DNA of 64,000 nt, taken from contig CAWFGE010000015.1 of assembly GCA_963815195.1 (NCBI GenBank), positions 288,001 through 352,000 on the forward strand, given 5' to 3'. The notes beneath the pieces are model-generated. The model was not told where the DNA came from. It made no database searches and saw nothing but the letters and a program-made list of their open reading frames with translations. A program made the position numbers and the translations under genes. Of this stretch, positions 23,202 through 34,643 are shown piece after piece (positions within the stretch are counted from its first letter, which is position 1; each line of letters starts with the position of its first letter). This DNA is from an uncultured Planctomycetaceae bacterium (GTDB lineage: Bacteria; Planctomycetota; Planctomycetia; Planctomycetales; Planctomycetaceae).

Positions 23202-26200
23202 ATGAAGCAGCCTTCGGTCTATTTGAAGATGCGTGTGCTGGGAGCCATCGACACGGTCGAAGGCCGCACCCGACACGAGCGAATCCACAAAGTCGCCGCC
23301 ATGACCTTTCTCGACGAGGAGGGCCATTCCCGCCAGTTCACCTGGCGAACGATCCAGACTTGGTACTACCGTTACAAAAACCACGGTATCACCGGTATGA
23401 CGAACGGCTCGCGGAGCGACAAGGGACAGACCCGCAAGATCACGCCCGAGGAACTGCTCGAAGCCCTCAACGCCGCCAAGCCGCACTTCCACAACAAACG
23501 TTACAACAAGCTGGCGTTGTACCGCTTTTGCATCGAAAAAGGGCTGCTCCGCCGCGACCAAATCGCCCAGACCACCTTCTATCGGTTCCTTCGCGAGTAC
23601 GACTTGCTCGCCCCCGAAGACAAGGACACTCACAAAAAACGTCTGGCTTTCAGCATGAACCCGGATTATTCATCAGGTTCGTGCGTGGTGAGTATTTCCG
23701 TGGCGGAAAGTGCACCGGGTGGTTGGGGAGCGGAGGATGGGCGGACCGCCCCCTTTCCCCCTGGGGCCTGGCGATCGTTGGGTGAGTGAAGGAAAGAAAC
23801 AGAAAGGCGGATGCCACGATGGCGAACTGCTCAGTCCCGAAGAACCAGTTGCTCATGGGCGTGACGTGGGAGAGGTGTGTAGGGCCGCGGGCGAGCTCCG
23901 CGCGGACGTGGCCAGAGGTTGGCCAGACGCAGCGATCGGATGCGGGAAGACATCGCGGCCCAAAACGCGCTCACGCTTTCCTCAATGTAAATCACGAGGC
24001 GGCGGGAGTGCTTCACGACCCGCGCTCCTGTCCGCAGCACCGACTGCTGGAAACGATGCAAGTCCCAGCAACCGCCCAACTCGTCCTCGAACTCGATCCG
24101 CAGCATCGACGCCAGGTTGAACGCCAGCAGGCCCAACAGCAACGTCACTTCGTTCTCCGCAAACACCGATGACGAAAGACGGCAGCCAATCACCGCGTTG
24201 AATTCGCCCAGCCGGTCCTCGAACGTGCCGCGCTTGCGGTAGTGCGACAACACCTCATCCGCCGAGCGTTGCTCCTCGGTCCAGTTTGTGATCAGGAAGA
24301 AGTAACGCGGAAACAGAGCCAGTTGGCCCGTCTTCGCCTCCGGCTTGTCGACGATGACCAGAATCACCCGCTGCGGATGACGCCAGCCCTCGGCTTGGTA
24401 CTTTCCGAGTTCGATCACGTCCTCATATCCCCCTTTGGGCGGCCGGCCTACGGGACGTGTCAGATAGGGCGCGGCCATCTCTTCCAGCACGTTGTTCTTC
24501 TTGATTCTCCCGCAAAAACGGATGTTTTCGTCGGTCAACTCATCCAACACCGGGCCGGCGATGAAACCCGCATCGATCCGGAGGTCGAAGCTCCACGCCA
24601 GTTGCCGGGCCTTGCCGACCACGTTGCGAATAAACCGCCGGATGCCATTGGCCGTATGCACGCTGCCTTGCCGCAGGATGGCATGAATGAAGCCGTTGCC
24701 CAGCCGCTGGCCTTCCCGCGCGTATCGTAGTCGCCGCCGACCGAGAAACTAGCGACCAGCGGATGATAGACGGTCTCCTTGTAGTAACCGTTGTAGCGGG
24801 CCCCCGGCTGCTGGCCATAAACCTGCATTGGGAAACTGTCAATGTCGATGGTGGCGTAGCGGACGCGGCGGTCGCTGTCGCCGGTGCTTTTGATGTGCCG
24901 ATGGATCCAGTCGAACAAGGCGCATCCGCACGGCTTCGAGATTCGTCTTGCAGTCGGCCAGCCAATCGATGAGCCGGGATTGGGTGGGCTGGCTGGCCAG
25001 GCGTTGGTTGAGCACTTCTTCGCCGGGCCGGTCCCAGGCGGCCATCTTCATGGCGGGATCATGGGCGAGCCGGTCGAGATCATCCTGATCGGACTCTCCC
25101 AGGGCCATGGCGTAGATTCTTTCCCGCAGCAGTTCGACGCCTTGATAGCGGACGCGGTCTTGCCGGCGAGGATCGATCAGTCGATCGGCAAGGGATTCGG
25201 TGAGTCCGAGCCGATGATCGAAGTCCCGCAGGAGAACGGCACCGGCGTGTGACGTGAGCCGCTGATCGACGGACTTGACCTTGACGGAACGATTGAAATC
25301 GGGCTCGAAAACGTTAGTCTGAGCTTCACCCATCGCGTGTTTCCTCCGTAGGGTTTCGGGATTAGATATAACCCTTAAACGCACAGGGTCACGCGATGGT
25401 TCCTTCTTTTTTCAGCTTTTTTGGTGAATAATCCGGGATGAAGTACGCCAACCAACTCTGGCAAGCCGACACGATGTTCGGCCCCTATCTCGACACCGGC
25501 GTGCCTGGCGCGGCCCGCAAGCAAGCCAAGCTGATCGCCTTCATCGACGATGCCAGCCGGGTCTTATGTCACGGCGAATTCTTCTTTGAGGAGAACGTCG
25601 ATTCGTTGGTGCAAACCCTCCGCGCCGCCTTCTATAAACGCGGCATTCCCGAGCAACTGCTAGTCGACAACGGCTCGATCTACAGCGGCCAGGAAATCAC
25701 CCTGATCTGCGCCCGCGTGGGTTGTCTTCTGCGACATACGGCGGTCCGAGACGCCGCCGCCAAGGGGAAGATCGAACGCTTCTTCCGCCGCGTCCGCGAC
25801 CAATTCCTGATCCGCCAACTCGATCTCTCCTCGCTCGCGGCCCTCAATCGGCAGTTCACGACTTGGATCGAAAGCGATTACAACGCGGTGGAACATGACG
25901 CGATTGGCCTAAAACCGATCGACCGCTTCGGTATGGATCTCAGTCGAGTCCGCTTCCTGTCGCCGTCCGAACACAACGATGAACTGTTCTATGCCGAGGC
26001 GACCCGGAAGGTCAAAAAGGACAACACCTTCAGTTTCCAAAACCGTCGTTATGAAACGCCCGTCGATCTCCGCGACAAGCCAATTGAGATCCGCTACGAC
26101 CGGCACCGCAACGATGCCGCGGCCATCGTGATCTACTACAAGGGCCAGCGGATGGGCGTCGCCCGGTTGCTGGATGCCGTGGCCAATGGACTCTTGCGAA

Positions 26201-26220
26201 GAAAGGAGCAACAGCCATGA
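23202..26220 (+). pseudogene. Mu/IS481-like DDE integrase of E1, interrupted by IS1380
   Basis: WQADT, FIDDASR, LLVDNG and KGKIERFF motifs; intact twin at 27708-28943. Confidence 0.9.
23660..25437 (-). mobile_element. IS1380-family IS (transposase 23831-25333, frameshifted)
   Basis: IRs CCCGGATTATTCA; 5-bp TSD ATGAA; motifs LTSHAG, LASQPTQSR, IDIDS, RIDAGF, YRKRG..E. Confidence 0.9.
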
Positions 26221-26466
26221 TGATCCGCGCTTTTTATGGACTGACCCAAGTGTGCCCGTCTTAATTGTGGTCGCATTCGTTGCCGAATTAACGCTGTAGG
26301 GATTTTGGCTTGCTAACCGTTGTTTTGCCGAATTGTTGTGAATTCTGGAGCGGGTGGGCGCGATGGTTTTGGATGAGGCGCATTTCGCGGTGCGGATTGT
26401 TGTGTGGGACGGATGGTGAGCGTCGAGGTGTTTTGGAGCCGATGGAATGGAGATTGGAGCAGGTGA

Positions 26467-26796
26467 CTATTTCGGCGCGGTTGGCGGATTGTGCTTTTGG
26501 GCTTCTTGGGTTTGGTAACATTGCAGCCATTGTTCCAGCAGGGCGACGGCGGAGCGGAAGTTGTAGCCGAGCTGGATCAAGAGGTCGATGTTGTTGAAAT
26601 TCTGACCGCAGCAGAAGCAATGGGCAAGGTTGTTCTTGGGGTTGACGGTGGCTTTCATCTCGCCGCAGTTCGGGCAGAGGAATCGGAAGTAGCCCTCGCT
26701 ATGCTTGGACGGCGGGGCCTCGTGGCCGAGGGCGGCGAGGGTGACCGGCATGGGCAGGTCGTTGCGGATTCGACGCAGCAAGCTCGCGGGAATCAT
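26467..26796 (-). CDS. Small CHC2/primase-type zinc-finger protein (E2)
   Basis: FLCPNC...ATVNPKNNLAHCFCCG...NNIDL. Confidence 0.75.
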   Translation of the reverse strand: MIPASLLRRIRNDLPMPVTLAALGHEAPPSKHSEGYFRFLCPNCGEMKATVNPKNNLAHCFCCGQNFNNIDLLIQLGYNFRSAVALLEQWLQCYQTQEAQKHNPPTAPK

Positions 26797-26907
26797 GGCG
26801 TGCTCCGGGGAGATGAGATCGACTCTCCCACACTCCATCCGTGATGGCGGAGCGTTGGAGAGTCCGAGCGAGATGGGTTTGGGCTTACGGATGGGGCGCG
26901 GATCGGA

Positions 26908-27711
26908 TCAAAAATCCGTCAGGTCGCTTTCCTTTTGCCAATGGGGTTGCCGCAAGACGCGGTTGACGTTGTCGATGTCGATGGTCTTGTTGCCGGAGCG
27001 GACCGCCTGGATCAGGCAGCCGACGCAGAGGTTTCTTGCCTTGCGGAGGACGCCATCGGCCGAGCGGACGATGAGGTCGATGGCCGGGTCGGTCAAGGTG
27101 TTGTGTCCAAGGCCGACGCGGTCGAGTTCGCGCAGGAGGAACTCCCGCAGGTCGTCGGGGTTTAAGCCGCTTAGTGATCACCGAATAGGTGACGCGGCTT
27201 TTGATGTCGCTATTGACGCCCAGGTCCAAATTGGCGAGCAGGCTGGGCTGGCCGATCAACACCAGATTGTGATTCTTCGGAAAATCCTCGAAGAGCAACC
27301 GCAGCTTTCGCAGGTTGGCCAGGTCCATCAGATGGGCATCGTCGAGGATCGTGGTCAGACACTTGCCGGCGTGGTTGAGGCTAAACGCCTGCTCGATGAG
27401 TTTCCGTTCGCACTTGAAGGCGTTGCTTTCGAACTCGATGAGGAAGGCGTTGCAAAGGATCTTGACGGTGTTGGTGTAAGTGTGCAGAGTCCGCGCGACG
27501 CTAGCGATCAGGTACTGGTTCTCGGGGAGCCGTTGCAGCGACTGCTTGATGACGGTCTTGCCGGTGCCGGGAACGCCGAGAACCAGACAGAGCCCGCCCT
27601 GCTGACAATGCACCTTCAGTGTGTCGTGGATCTCCTGCTGTTGGGGCAAGAGCTGGATCTCGCGGTGTCGAAGGGGTCTTGGGTCAGTCCATAAAAGGCG
27701 CGGATCATCAT
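26908..27711 (-). CDS. ExeA-like AAA ATPase (E2), with two apparent indels
   Basis: Near-identical to the intact copy at 31709-32512. Confidence 0.8.
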
Positions 27712-28943
27712 GGCTGTTGCTCCTTTCTTCGCAAGAGTCCATTGGCCACGGCATCCAGCAACCGGGCGACGCCCATCCGCTGGCCCTTGTAGTAGATCAC
27801 GATGGCCGCGGCATCGTTGCGGTGCCGGTCGTAGCGGATCTCAATTGGCTTGTCGCGGAGATCGACGGGCGTTTCATAACGGCGGTTTTGGAAGCTGAAG
27901 GTGTTGTCCTTTTTGACCTTCCGGGTCGCCTCGGCATAGAACAGTTCATCGTTGTGTTCGGACGGCGACAGGAAGCGGACTCGACTGAGATCCATACCGA
28001 AGCGGTCGATCGGTTTTAGGCCAATCGCGTCATGTTCCACCGCGTTGTAGTCGCTTTCGACCCAAGCGGTGAACTGCCGATTGAGGGCCGCGAGCGAGGA
28101 GAGATCGAGTTGGCGGATCAGGAATTGGTCGCGGACGCGGCGGAAGAAGCGTTCGATCTTCCCCTTGGCGGCGGCGTCTCGGACCGCCGTATGTCGGAGA
28201 AGACAACCCAGGCGGGCGCAGATCAGGGTGATTTCCTGGCCGCTGTAGATCGAGCCGTTGTCGACTAGCAGTTGCTCGGGAATGCCGCGTTTATAGAAGG
28301 CGGCGCGGAGGGTTTGCACCAACGAATCGACGTTCTCCTCGAAGAAGAATTCGCCGTGACATAAGACCCGGCTGGCATCGTCGATGAAGGCGATCAGCTT
28401 GGCTTGCTTGCGGGCCGCGCCGGGCACGCCGGTGTCGAGATAGGGGCCGAACATCGTGTCGGCTTGCCAGAGTTGGTTGGCGTACTTCATGCTGAAAGCG
28501 AGCCGTTTTTTGTTGGTGTCCTTGTCTTCGGGGGCGAGCAAGTCGTACTCGCGAAGGAACCGATAGAAGGTGGTCTGGGCGATCTGGTCGCGGCGGAGCA
28601 GCCCCTTTTCGATGCAAAAGCGATACAACGCCAGCTTGTTGTAACGTTTGTTGTGGAAGTGCGGCTTGGCGGCGTTGAGGGCTTCGAGCAGTTCCTCGGG
28701 CGTGATCTTGCGGGTCTGTCCCTTGTCGCTCCGCGAGCCGTTCGTCATGCCGGTGATGCCGTGGTTTTTGTAGCGGTAGTACCAGGTCTGGATGGTTCGC
28801 CAGGTGAACTGGCGGGAATGGCCCTCCTCGTCGAGAAAGGTCATGGCGGCGACTTTGTGGATTCGCTCGTGCCGGGTGCGGCCTTCGACCGTGTCGACGG
28901 CTCCCAGCACGCGCATCTTCAAATAGACCGAAGGCTGCTTCAT
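27708..28943 (-). CDS. Mu/IS481-like DDE integrase (E2), intact, 411 aa
   Basis: HTH N-terminus, rve-type DDE core, and a Mu C-terminal-like RKVKKDNTFSF segment. Confidence 0.92.
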   Translation of the reverse strand: MKQPSVYLKMRVLGAVDTVEGRTRHERIHKVAAMTFLDEEGHSRQFTWRTIQTWYYRYKNHGITGMTNGSRSDKGQTRKITPEELLEALNAAKPHFHNKRYNKLALYRFCIEKGLLRRDQIAQTTFYRFLREYDLLAPEDKDTNKKRLAFSMKYANQLWQADTMFGPYLDTGVPGAARKQAKLIAFIDDASRVLCHGEFFFEENVDSLVQTLRAAFYKRGIPEQLLVDNGSIYSGQEITLICARLGCLLRHTAVRDAAAKGKIERFFRRVRDQFLIRQLDLSSLAALNRQFTAWVESDYNAVEHDAIGLKPIDRFGMDLSRVRFLSPSEHNDELFYAEATRKVKKDNTFSFQNRRYETPVDLRDKPIEIRYDRHRNDAAAIVIYYKGQRMGVARLLDAVANGLLRRKEQQP

Positions 28944-29238
28944 GGGGTTCTCCTTGCTTTGGGGATTGTTGACCGAAAGAAACGTTGTCCCAAAAGCGGT
29001 CGCCTCAAGAAACGACAGCTTGTGTTGTCACCCATTTTTGAGCGGATGGTGTCCGCGCAGCGCGACGAAAATTCGGTCACGATCGGCGTAATCCGGCGGC
29101 TAATGGAAGCCATGCCATTCGCCCATCGGCACGTGGGGCGGCATCGCAAACGTCATCATCCCGTCATTCCGACGCCAGTTGAGCAGCGAGTCCAACGCCA
29201 CCCAGAGGCAGGATAGGGAAAGCACATCAAGGACCGCT

Positions 29239-29800
29239 CTAGATAAAGAACGTCCGCAGGGCGTGCTGGAAGGCGGCGATGGGACTGTCCGAATGGGGAA
29301 AGGCGGCTTGAAGATGAGCCAGAACCTCCGCCGCCGGAGACTGAGGAGAATTGGCCGGCAGTTCCGGCGGCTCACACTGATTGCCAAAGCGCTGCGCGGA
29401 TCGGGCTTTGGCCGAGGTCGAATCGTTTCCAGATCCGTTGCATCTGCCGGTCGCTCAGGTGGCAGTCGACGCGGCGGATGGCCGCGCCGATGCCGTCAGC
29501 GACCACGGATTGGAGAAACGTCCATAGACCGCCGGCCGAGAGGCTCAGCCGTCGGATTTTGTCCGCGAGCCAGACGCTGAACGTCCGCCCGCAGCCTTTG
29601 CGATTGTTGCGGTTGCTGCAGAAAATCCGCCGGGCGCGGACCGTCTTTTCCCGCGGGCTGCTCTCATCATAGCCCCGCAAAAAGCCGTGCAGAACCAGCA
29701 AGCCGGTCACCTGGCAATGCGGGCACGCCGTCATTTTGAGCTTCTCGGAAATGGCGCGAAAGCCCTCTTCGTCCCAGTAAAACCATCGCCCCGCGCTCAC
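29239..29800 (-). CDS. Zn-ribbon accessory protein (E2), +1 frameshift near 29380
   Basis: Homolog of 22346-22906. Confidence 0.7.
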
Positions 29801-30900
29801 CTGGGCCCGCTCCCCGAAAGCCAACCATGATACCGGCCACGACCTCGGGGCGGGGTATGAGAAAAATGCATTGGGGCGGGGTACAACGTTCCCGGTGCGG
29901 CCCTGACCGGAAGTAACGGATTTGCCAAATTCCGGCGGGAACAAACATCAACGAATGCGACAACAATTCGGCAATTATCGATCAAAACTGTGACCAGAGC
30001 GAGGCAAAGGACACCCAAGACCCCTTCGACAGCCGCGAGATCCAGCTCTTGCCCCAACAGCAGGAGATCCACGACACACTGAAGGTGCATTGTCAGCAGG
30101 GCGGGCTCTGTCTGGTTCTCGGCGTTCCCGGCACCGGCAAGACCGTCATCAAGCAGTCGCTGCAACGGCTCCCTGAGAACCAGTACCTGATCGCTAGCGT
30201 CGCGCGGACTCTGCACACTTACACCAACACCGTCAAGATCCTTTGCAACGCCTTCCTCATCGAGTTCGAAAGCAACGCCTTCAAGTGCGAACGGAAACTC
30301 ATCGAGCAGGCGTTTAGCCTCAACCACGCCGGCAAGTGTCTGACCACGATCCTCGACGATGCCCATCTGATGGACCTGGCCAACCTGCGACAGCTGCGGT
30401 TGCTCTTCGAGGATTTTCCGAAGAATCACAATCTGGTGTTGATCGGCCAGCCCAGCCTGCTCGCCAATTTGGACCTGGGCGTCAATAGCGACATCAAAAG
30501 CCGCGTCACCTATTCGGTGATCACTAAGCGGCTAAACCCCGACGACCTGCGGGAGTTCCTCCTGCGCGAACTCGACCGCGTCGGCCTTGGACACAACACC
30601 TTGACCGACCCGGCCATCGACCTCATCGTCCGCTCGGCCGATGGCGTCCTCCGCAAGGCAAGAAACCTCTGCGTCGGCTGCCTGATCCAGGCGGTCCGCT
30701 CCGGCAACAAGACCATCGACATCGACAACGTCAACCGCGTCTTGCGGCAACCCCATTGGCAAAAGGAAAGCGACCTGACGGATTTTTGATCGGATCCGCG
30801 ACCCATCCGTAAGCCCAAACCCATCTCGCTCGGACTCTCCAACGCTCCGCCATCACGGATGGAGTGTGGGAGAGTCGATCTCATCTCCCCGGAGCACGCC

Positions 30901-31230
30901 ATGATTCCCGCGAGCTTGCTGCGTCGAATCCGCAACGACCTGCCCATGCCGGTCACCCTCGCCGCCCTCGGCCACGAGGCCCCGCCGTCCAAGCATAGCG
31001 AGGGCTACTTCCGATTCCTCTGCCCGAACTGCGGCGAGATGAAAGCCACCGTCAACCCCAAGAACAACCTTGCCCATTGCTTCTGCTGCGGTCAGAATTT
31101 CAACAACATCGACCTCTTGATCCAGCTCGGCTACAACTTCCGCTCCGCCGTCGCCCTGCTGGAACAATGGCTGCAATGTTACCAAACCCAAGAAGCCCAA
31201 AAGCACAATCCGCCAACCGCGCCGAAATAG
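30901..31230 (+). CDS. CHC2/primase-type zinc-finger protein (E1)
   Basis: Same translation as 26467-26796. Confidence 0.75.
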   Translation: MIPASLLRRIRNDLPMPVTLAALGHEAPPSKHSEGYFRFLCPNCGEMKATVNPKNNLAHCFCCGQNFNNIDLLIQLGYNFRSAVALLEQWLQCYQTQEAQKHNPPTAPK

Positions 31231-31641
31231 TCACCTGCTCCAATCTCCATTCCATCGGCTCCAAAACACCTCGACGCTCACCATCCGTCCCACACAACAA
31301 TCCGCACCGCGAAATGCACCTCATCCAAAACCATCGCGCCCACCCGCTCCAGAATTCACAACAATTCGGCAAAACAACGGTTAGCAAGCCAAAATCCCTA
31401 CAGCGTTAATTCGGCAACGAATGCGACCACAATTAAGACGGGCACACTGAAGTGTCACAATTTCATCCTTTCCAAGATTCGCCACCGCCGCCTCCCTCGG
31501 GACCGAAATCCGTCACGATGGCGTGCGGTGGGCGAACGTGCGAGTCAGTCGCGAGACAAGCGACTCCCTCGCACTAACCACGAAATGAAACTGCGTAAGA
31601 CTTCGGGTTCACTAACTCCGGAAATTCAAGGTTCTGTGACA

Positions 31642-33227
31642 GCATGGGCGTCGCCCGGTTGCTGGATGCCGTCGCCAACGGACTCTTGCGAAGAAAGGAG
31701 CAACAGTCATGATGATCCGCGCTTTTTACGGACTGACTCAAGACCCGTTCGACCACTGCGAGATTCAGTTGTTACCACAGCAGCAGGAGATCCACGACAC
31801 ACTGAAGGTGCATTGTCAGCAAGGGGGACTCTGTCTGGTCCTCGGAGTTCCCGGCACCGGCAAGACGGTCATCAAGCAGTCGCTGCAACTGCTCCCCGAG
31901 AACCAGTACCTCATCGCCCCCGTCGCGCGGACTTTGCACACTTACACCAACACCGTGAAGATCCTTTGCAACGCCTTCCGCATCGAATTCGAAAGCAATG
32001 CCTTCAAGTGCGAACGAAAACTCATCGAGCAGGCGTTTAGTCTCAACCACGCCGGCAAGTGTCTGACCACGATCCTCGACGATGCCCATCTGATGGACTT
32101 GGCCAACCTGCGGAAGCTGCGGTTGCTCTTTGAGGACTTTCCGAAGAATCACAACCTCGTGTTGATCGGCCAGCCCAGCCTGCTCGCCAATTTGGACCTG
32201 GGCGTCAATAGCGACATCAAAAGCCGCGTCACCTATTCGGTGATCACCAAACGGCTGAACCCCGACGACCTGCGGGAGTTCCTCCTTCGCGAACTCGACC
32301 GCGTCGGCCTGGGACACAACACCTTGACAGCCCCGGCCATCGACCTCATCATCCGCTCGGCCGATGGCGTCCTCCGCAAAGCCCGAAACCTCTGCGTGGG
32401 CAGCCTGATCGAAGCGGTCCGGTCAGGCGAGAAGACCATCGACATCGACAACGTCAACCGCGTCTTGCGGCAACCCCATTGGCAAAAGGAAAGCGACCTG
32501 ACGGATTTTTGATCTGCCCCGTGACCCATCCGTAAACCCAAACCCATCGGACTCTCCCACGCTCCGCCATCACGGATGGAGTGTGGGAAAGTCGATCTCA
32601 TCTCACCCTGGAACCCGCCATGATTCCCGCGAACTTGCTGCGTCGAATCCGCAACGATCTGCCCATGCCGGTGACGATCGCCGCCCTCGGCCCCGAGGCC
32701 CCGCCGTTCAAACACGTTGAGGGCTACTTCCGATTCCTCTGCCCCAACTGCGGCGAGATGAAAGCCACTGTCAATCCCCGCACCAACTTGGCCCACTGCT
32801 TCTGCTGCGGTGAGAACCTCAACAACATCGACCTCTTGATGCAGCTCGGTTACAACTTCCGCTCCGCCGTCGCCCTGCTGGAACAATGGCTGCTCCGCTA
32901 CCAAACCCAACAAGCCAAAAAGACCAATCCGACCCCGCCCACCACGCCGAAGTAGCCGCCCACTCCCATCTCAACCCCATCGGCTCCCAGGCACCTCGGA
33001 CTGTGCCTCGACATTTACCTTCCATCACCCCCAATCATCCGCACCGCAAAATGCCCCTCCTCCAAAGCCATCGCACTCAACCAAGGAAGGCGAGAGGCAA
33101 ATTGACCGAAACCATCGCGCGCCCCCTCTCCAGAATTCCCAACAATTCGGCAAAACGACCGTTAGCAAGCCAAAATCGATACGGCCTTAATTTGGCAACG
33201 AATGCGATCAGAATTTGGACGGGCACA
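31642..33227 (+). mobile_element. Right half of a diverged copy E3 (integrase tail, ATPase, Zn finger 32620-32955, right end)
   Basis: Ends ...GGACGGGCACA at 33227. Confidence 0.8.
31709..32512 (+). CDS. ExeA/TnsC-like AAA ATPase, intact (E3)
   Basis: Walker A GVPGTGKT, Walker B ILDDAH, LIGQP. Confidence 0.88.
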   Translation: MMIRAFYGLTQDPFDHCEIQLLPQQQEIHDTLKVHCQQGGLCLVLGVPGTGKTVIKQSLQLLPENQYLIAPVARTLHTYTNTVKILCNAFRIEFESNAFKCERKLIEQAFSLNHAGKCLTTILDDAHLMDLANLRKLRLLFEDFPKNHNLVLIGQPSLLANLDLGVNSDIKSRVTYSVITKRLNPDDLREFLLRELDRVGLGHNTLTAPAIDLIIRSADGVLRKARNLCVGSLIEAVRSGEKTIDIDNVNRVLRQPHWQKESDLTDF

Positions 33228-34270
33228 CCCAGCCTGCTCGCCGCTTTGGACCTGGGGGTCAATAGCGACATCAAAAGCCGCGTCACCTATTCGGTGATCA
33301 CGAAGCGCTTAAACCCCGACGACCTGCGCGAGTTCCTCCTGCGCGAGATCGACCGCGCCGGGCTGGGACACAACACCTTGACCGACCCGGCCATCGACCT
33401 CATCGTCCGCTCAGCCGACGGCGTCCTCCGCAAGGCAAGAAACCTCTGCGTCGGATGCCTGATCGAGGCGGTCCGTTCCGGCAACAAGACCATCGACATC
33501 GACAACGTCAACCGCGTCTTGCGGCAACCTCATTGGCAAAAGGAAAGCGACCTGACGGATTTCTGATCTGATCCGCGACCAATCCAACTCGAACTCTCCC
33601 ACGCTCCGCCATCACGGATGGGGTGTGGGAGAGTCGATCTCATCTCACCCCGGAGCACGCCATGATTCCCGCGAACTTGCTGCGTCGAATCCGCAACGAC
33701 CTGCCCATGCCGGTCACCATTGCCGCCCTCGGCAACGAGGCCCCGCCGTCCAAGTACAGTGAAGGCTACTTCCGATTCCTCTGTCCAAACTGCGGTGAGA
33801 TGAAAGCCACCGTCAACCCCCGCACCAACTTGGCCCATTGTTTCTGCTGCGGTGAGAACCTCAACAACATCGACCTCCTGATCCAACTCGGCTACAACTT
33901 CCGCTCCGCCGTCGTGCTCTTGGAACAATGGCTGCAACGTTACCAAACCCAACAAGCCCAAAAGCACAATCCGCCCACCGCGCCGAAATAGCCGCCTGCG
34001 CAAATCTCAACCCCATCTCCCATCGACTCCAAGACATCGGTCGGACGACCCGGCGCTCACCTTCTCGCCGCGCTCAACGATCCACACCGAAAAATGCGCC
34101 TCGTCCCAAGCCATCGCGCTCAACCAAGGAAGGCGAGATGCCAATTGACCGAAACCATCGCGCGCCCCCTCTCCAAAATTCCCCACAATTCGGCAAAACG
34201 TCCATCAAGAAGCCAAAATCCCTACAGCCTGAATTCGGCAACGAATGCGATCACAATTCGGACGGGCACA
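33228..34270 (+). mobile_element. Right fragment of copy E4 (ATPase C-terminus 33228-33566, Zn finger 33662-33991, right end)
   Basis: Begins mid-ATPase right after the E3 end; ends GACGGGCACA at 34270. Confidence 0.8.
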
Positions 34271-34413
34271 GCTACCGCTTGGAAGAATCCCGCCAAAAAC
34301 GTGCCCGCCAAAAAGCCAAGCGAAGCCGCCGCCGCAAACGCCAGTAACCCCTGGCTGAACCGGACGCTTACGTTAATTCGGCAACGAATGCGATCACAAT
34401 TCGGACGGGCACA

Positions 34414-34615
34414 GGTCCCACCGAGAAAACGTCCACGGCCTTGGGATACTTTCAGCGGCTGTTTCTGATCGAAGACGAGCTTCTCGAACTCTCCGACGAA
34501 GACCGTCACGAGCAGCGGCAACTGCGTTCGCGGCCTTTGCTCGAAGACTTCAAAGCCTGGCTGGACGTGCAACTCGAATCGCTCAGGCCCAAACACGAAC
34601 TTCGGGCTGTCAACG
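34414..34615 (+). pseudogene. Internal fragment of another IS66 TnpC
   Basis: ALGYFQRLFLIE...R..RQLRSRPLLEDFKAWL...LRPK..L. Confidence 0.65.
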
Positions 34616-34643
34616 GTCACGCAGCAGTGACTTCTTCAACGAG

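Larger units (their letters stand above)
26251..30013 (-). mobile_element. Complete four-gene transposon copy E2 (3763 bp), inserted in reverse into the ATPase gene of E1
   Basis: Both TGT ends present; CCCAAG duplicated at 26245-26250 and 30014-30019. Confidence 0.9.
26217..30789 (+). pseudogene. ExeA-like AAA ATPase of E1, interrupted by E2 after 26250 and resuming at 30020
   Basis: MMIRAFYGLTQ, then DPF...GVPGTGKT...ILDDAH...LIGQP. Confidence 0.85.
22132..31446 (+). mobile_element. Four-gene TGT...ACA transposon, copy E1 (contains IS1380 and copy E2)
   Basis: Left end TGTCCTTTGCCTCGC at 22132; right end ...GACGGGCACA at 31446; gene order Zn-ribbon, DDE, ATPase, Zn finger. Confidence 0.85.
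21407..31641 (-). mobile_element. IS21-family element remnant; most of istA and the 5' part of istB replaced by the four-gene transposon
   Basis: Related TGTCA(G/C)AGAACC ends with internal GAACCCGAA..TTACGCA repeats. istB 3' part at 21553-22131. istA-like start MANLGKDEIVTLQ at 31447-31485. Confidence 0.75.
20330..34371 (+). mobile_element. IS66-family element with ~13 kb of nested insertions inside tnpC
   Basis: IRs GTAAGCGTCCG / CGGACGCTTAC; 8-bp TSD GTTAATTC at 20322-20329 and 34372-34379. Confidence 0.9.

Noticed and set aside
22132..34270. CRISPR-associated transposon or type II secretion ExeA
   Set aside because: No cas genes, array or secretion genes; the ATPase lies inside transposon ends.
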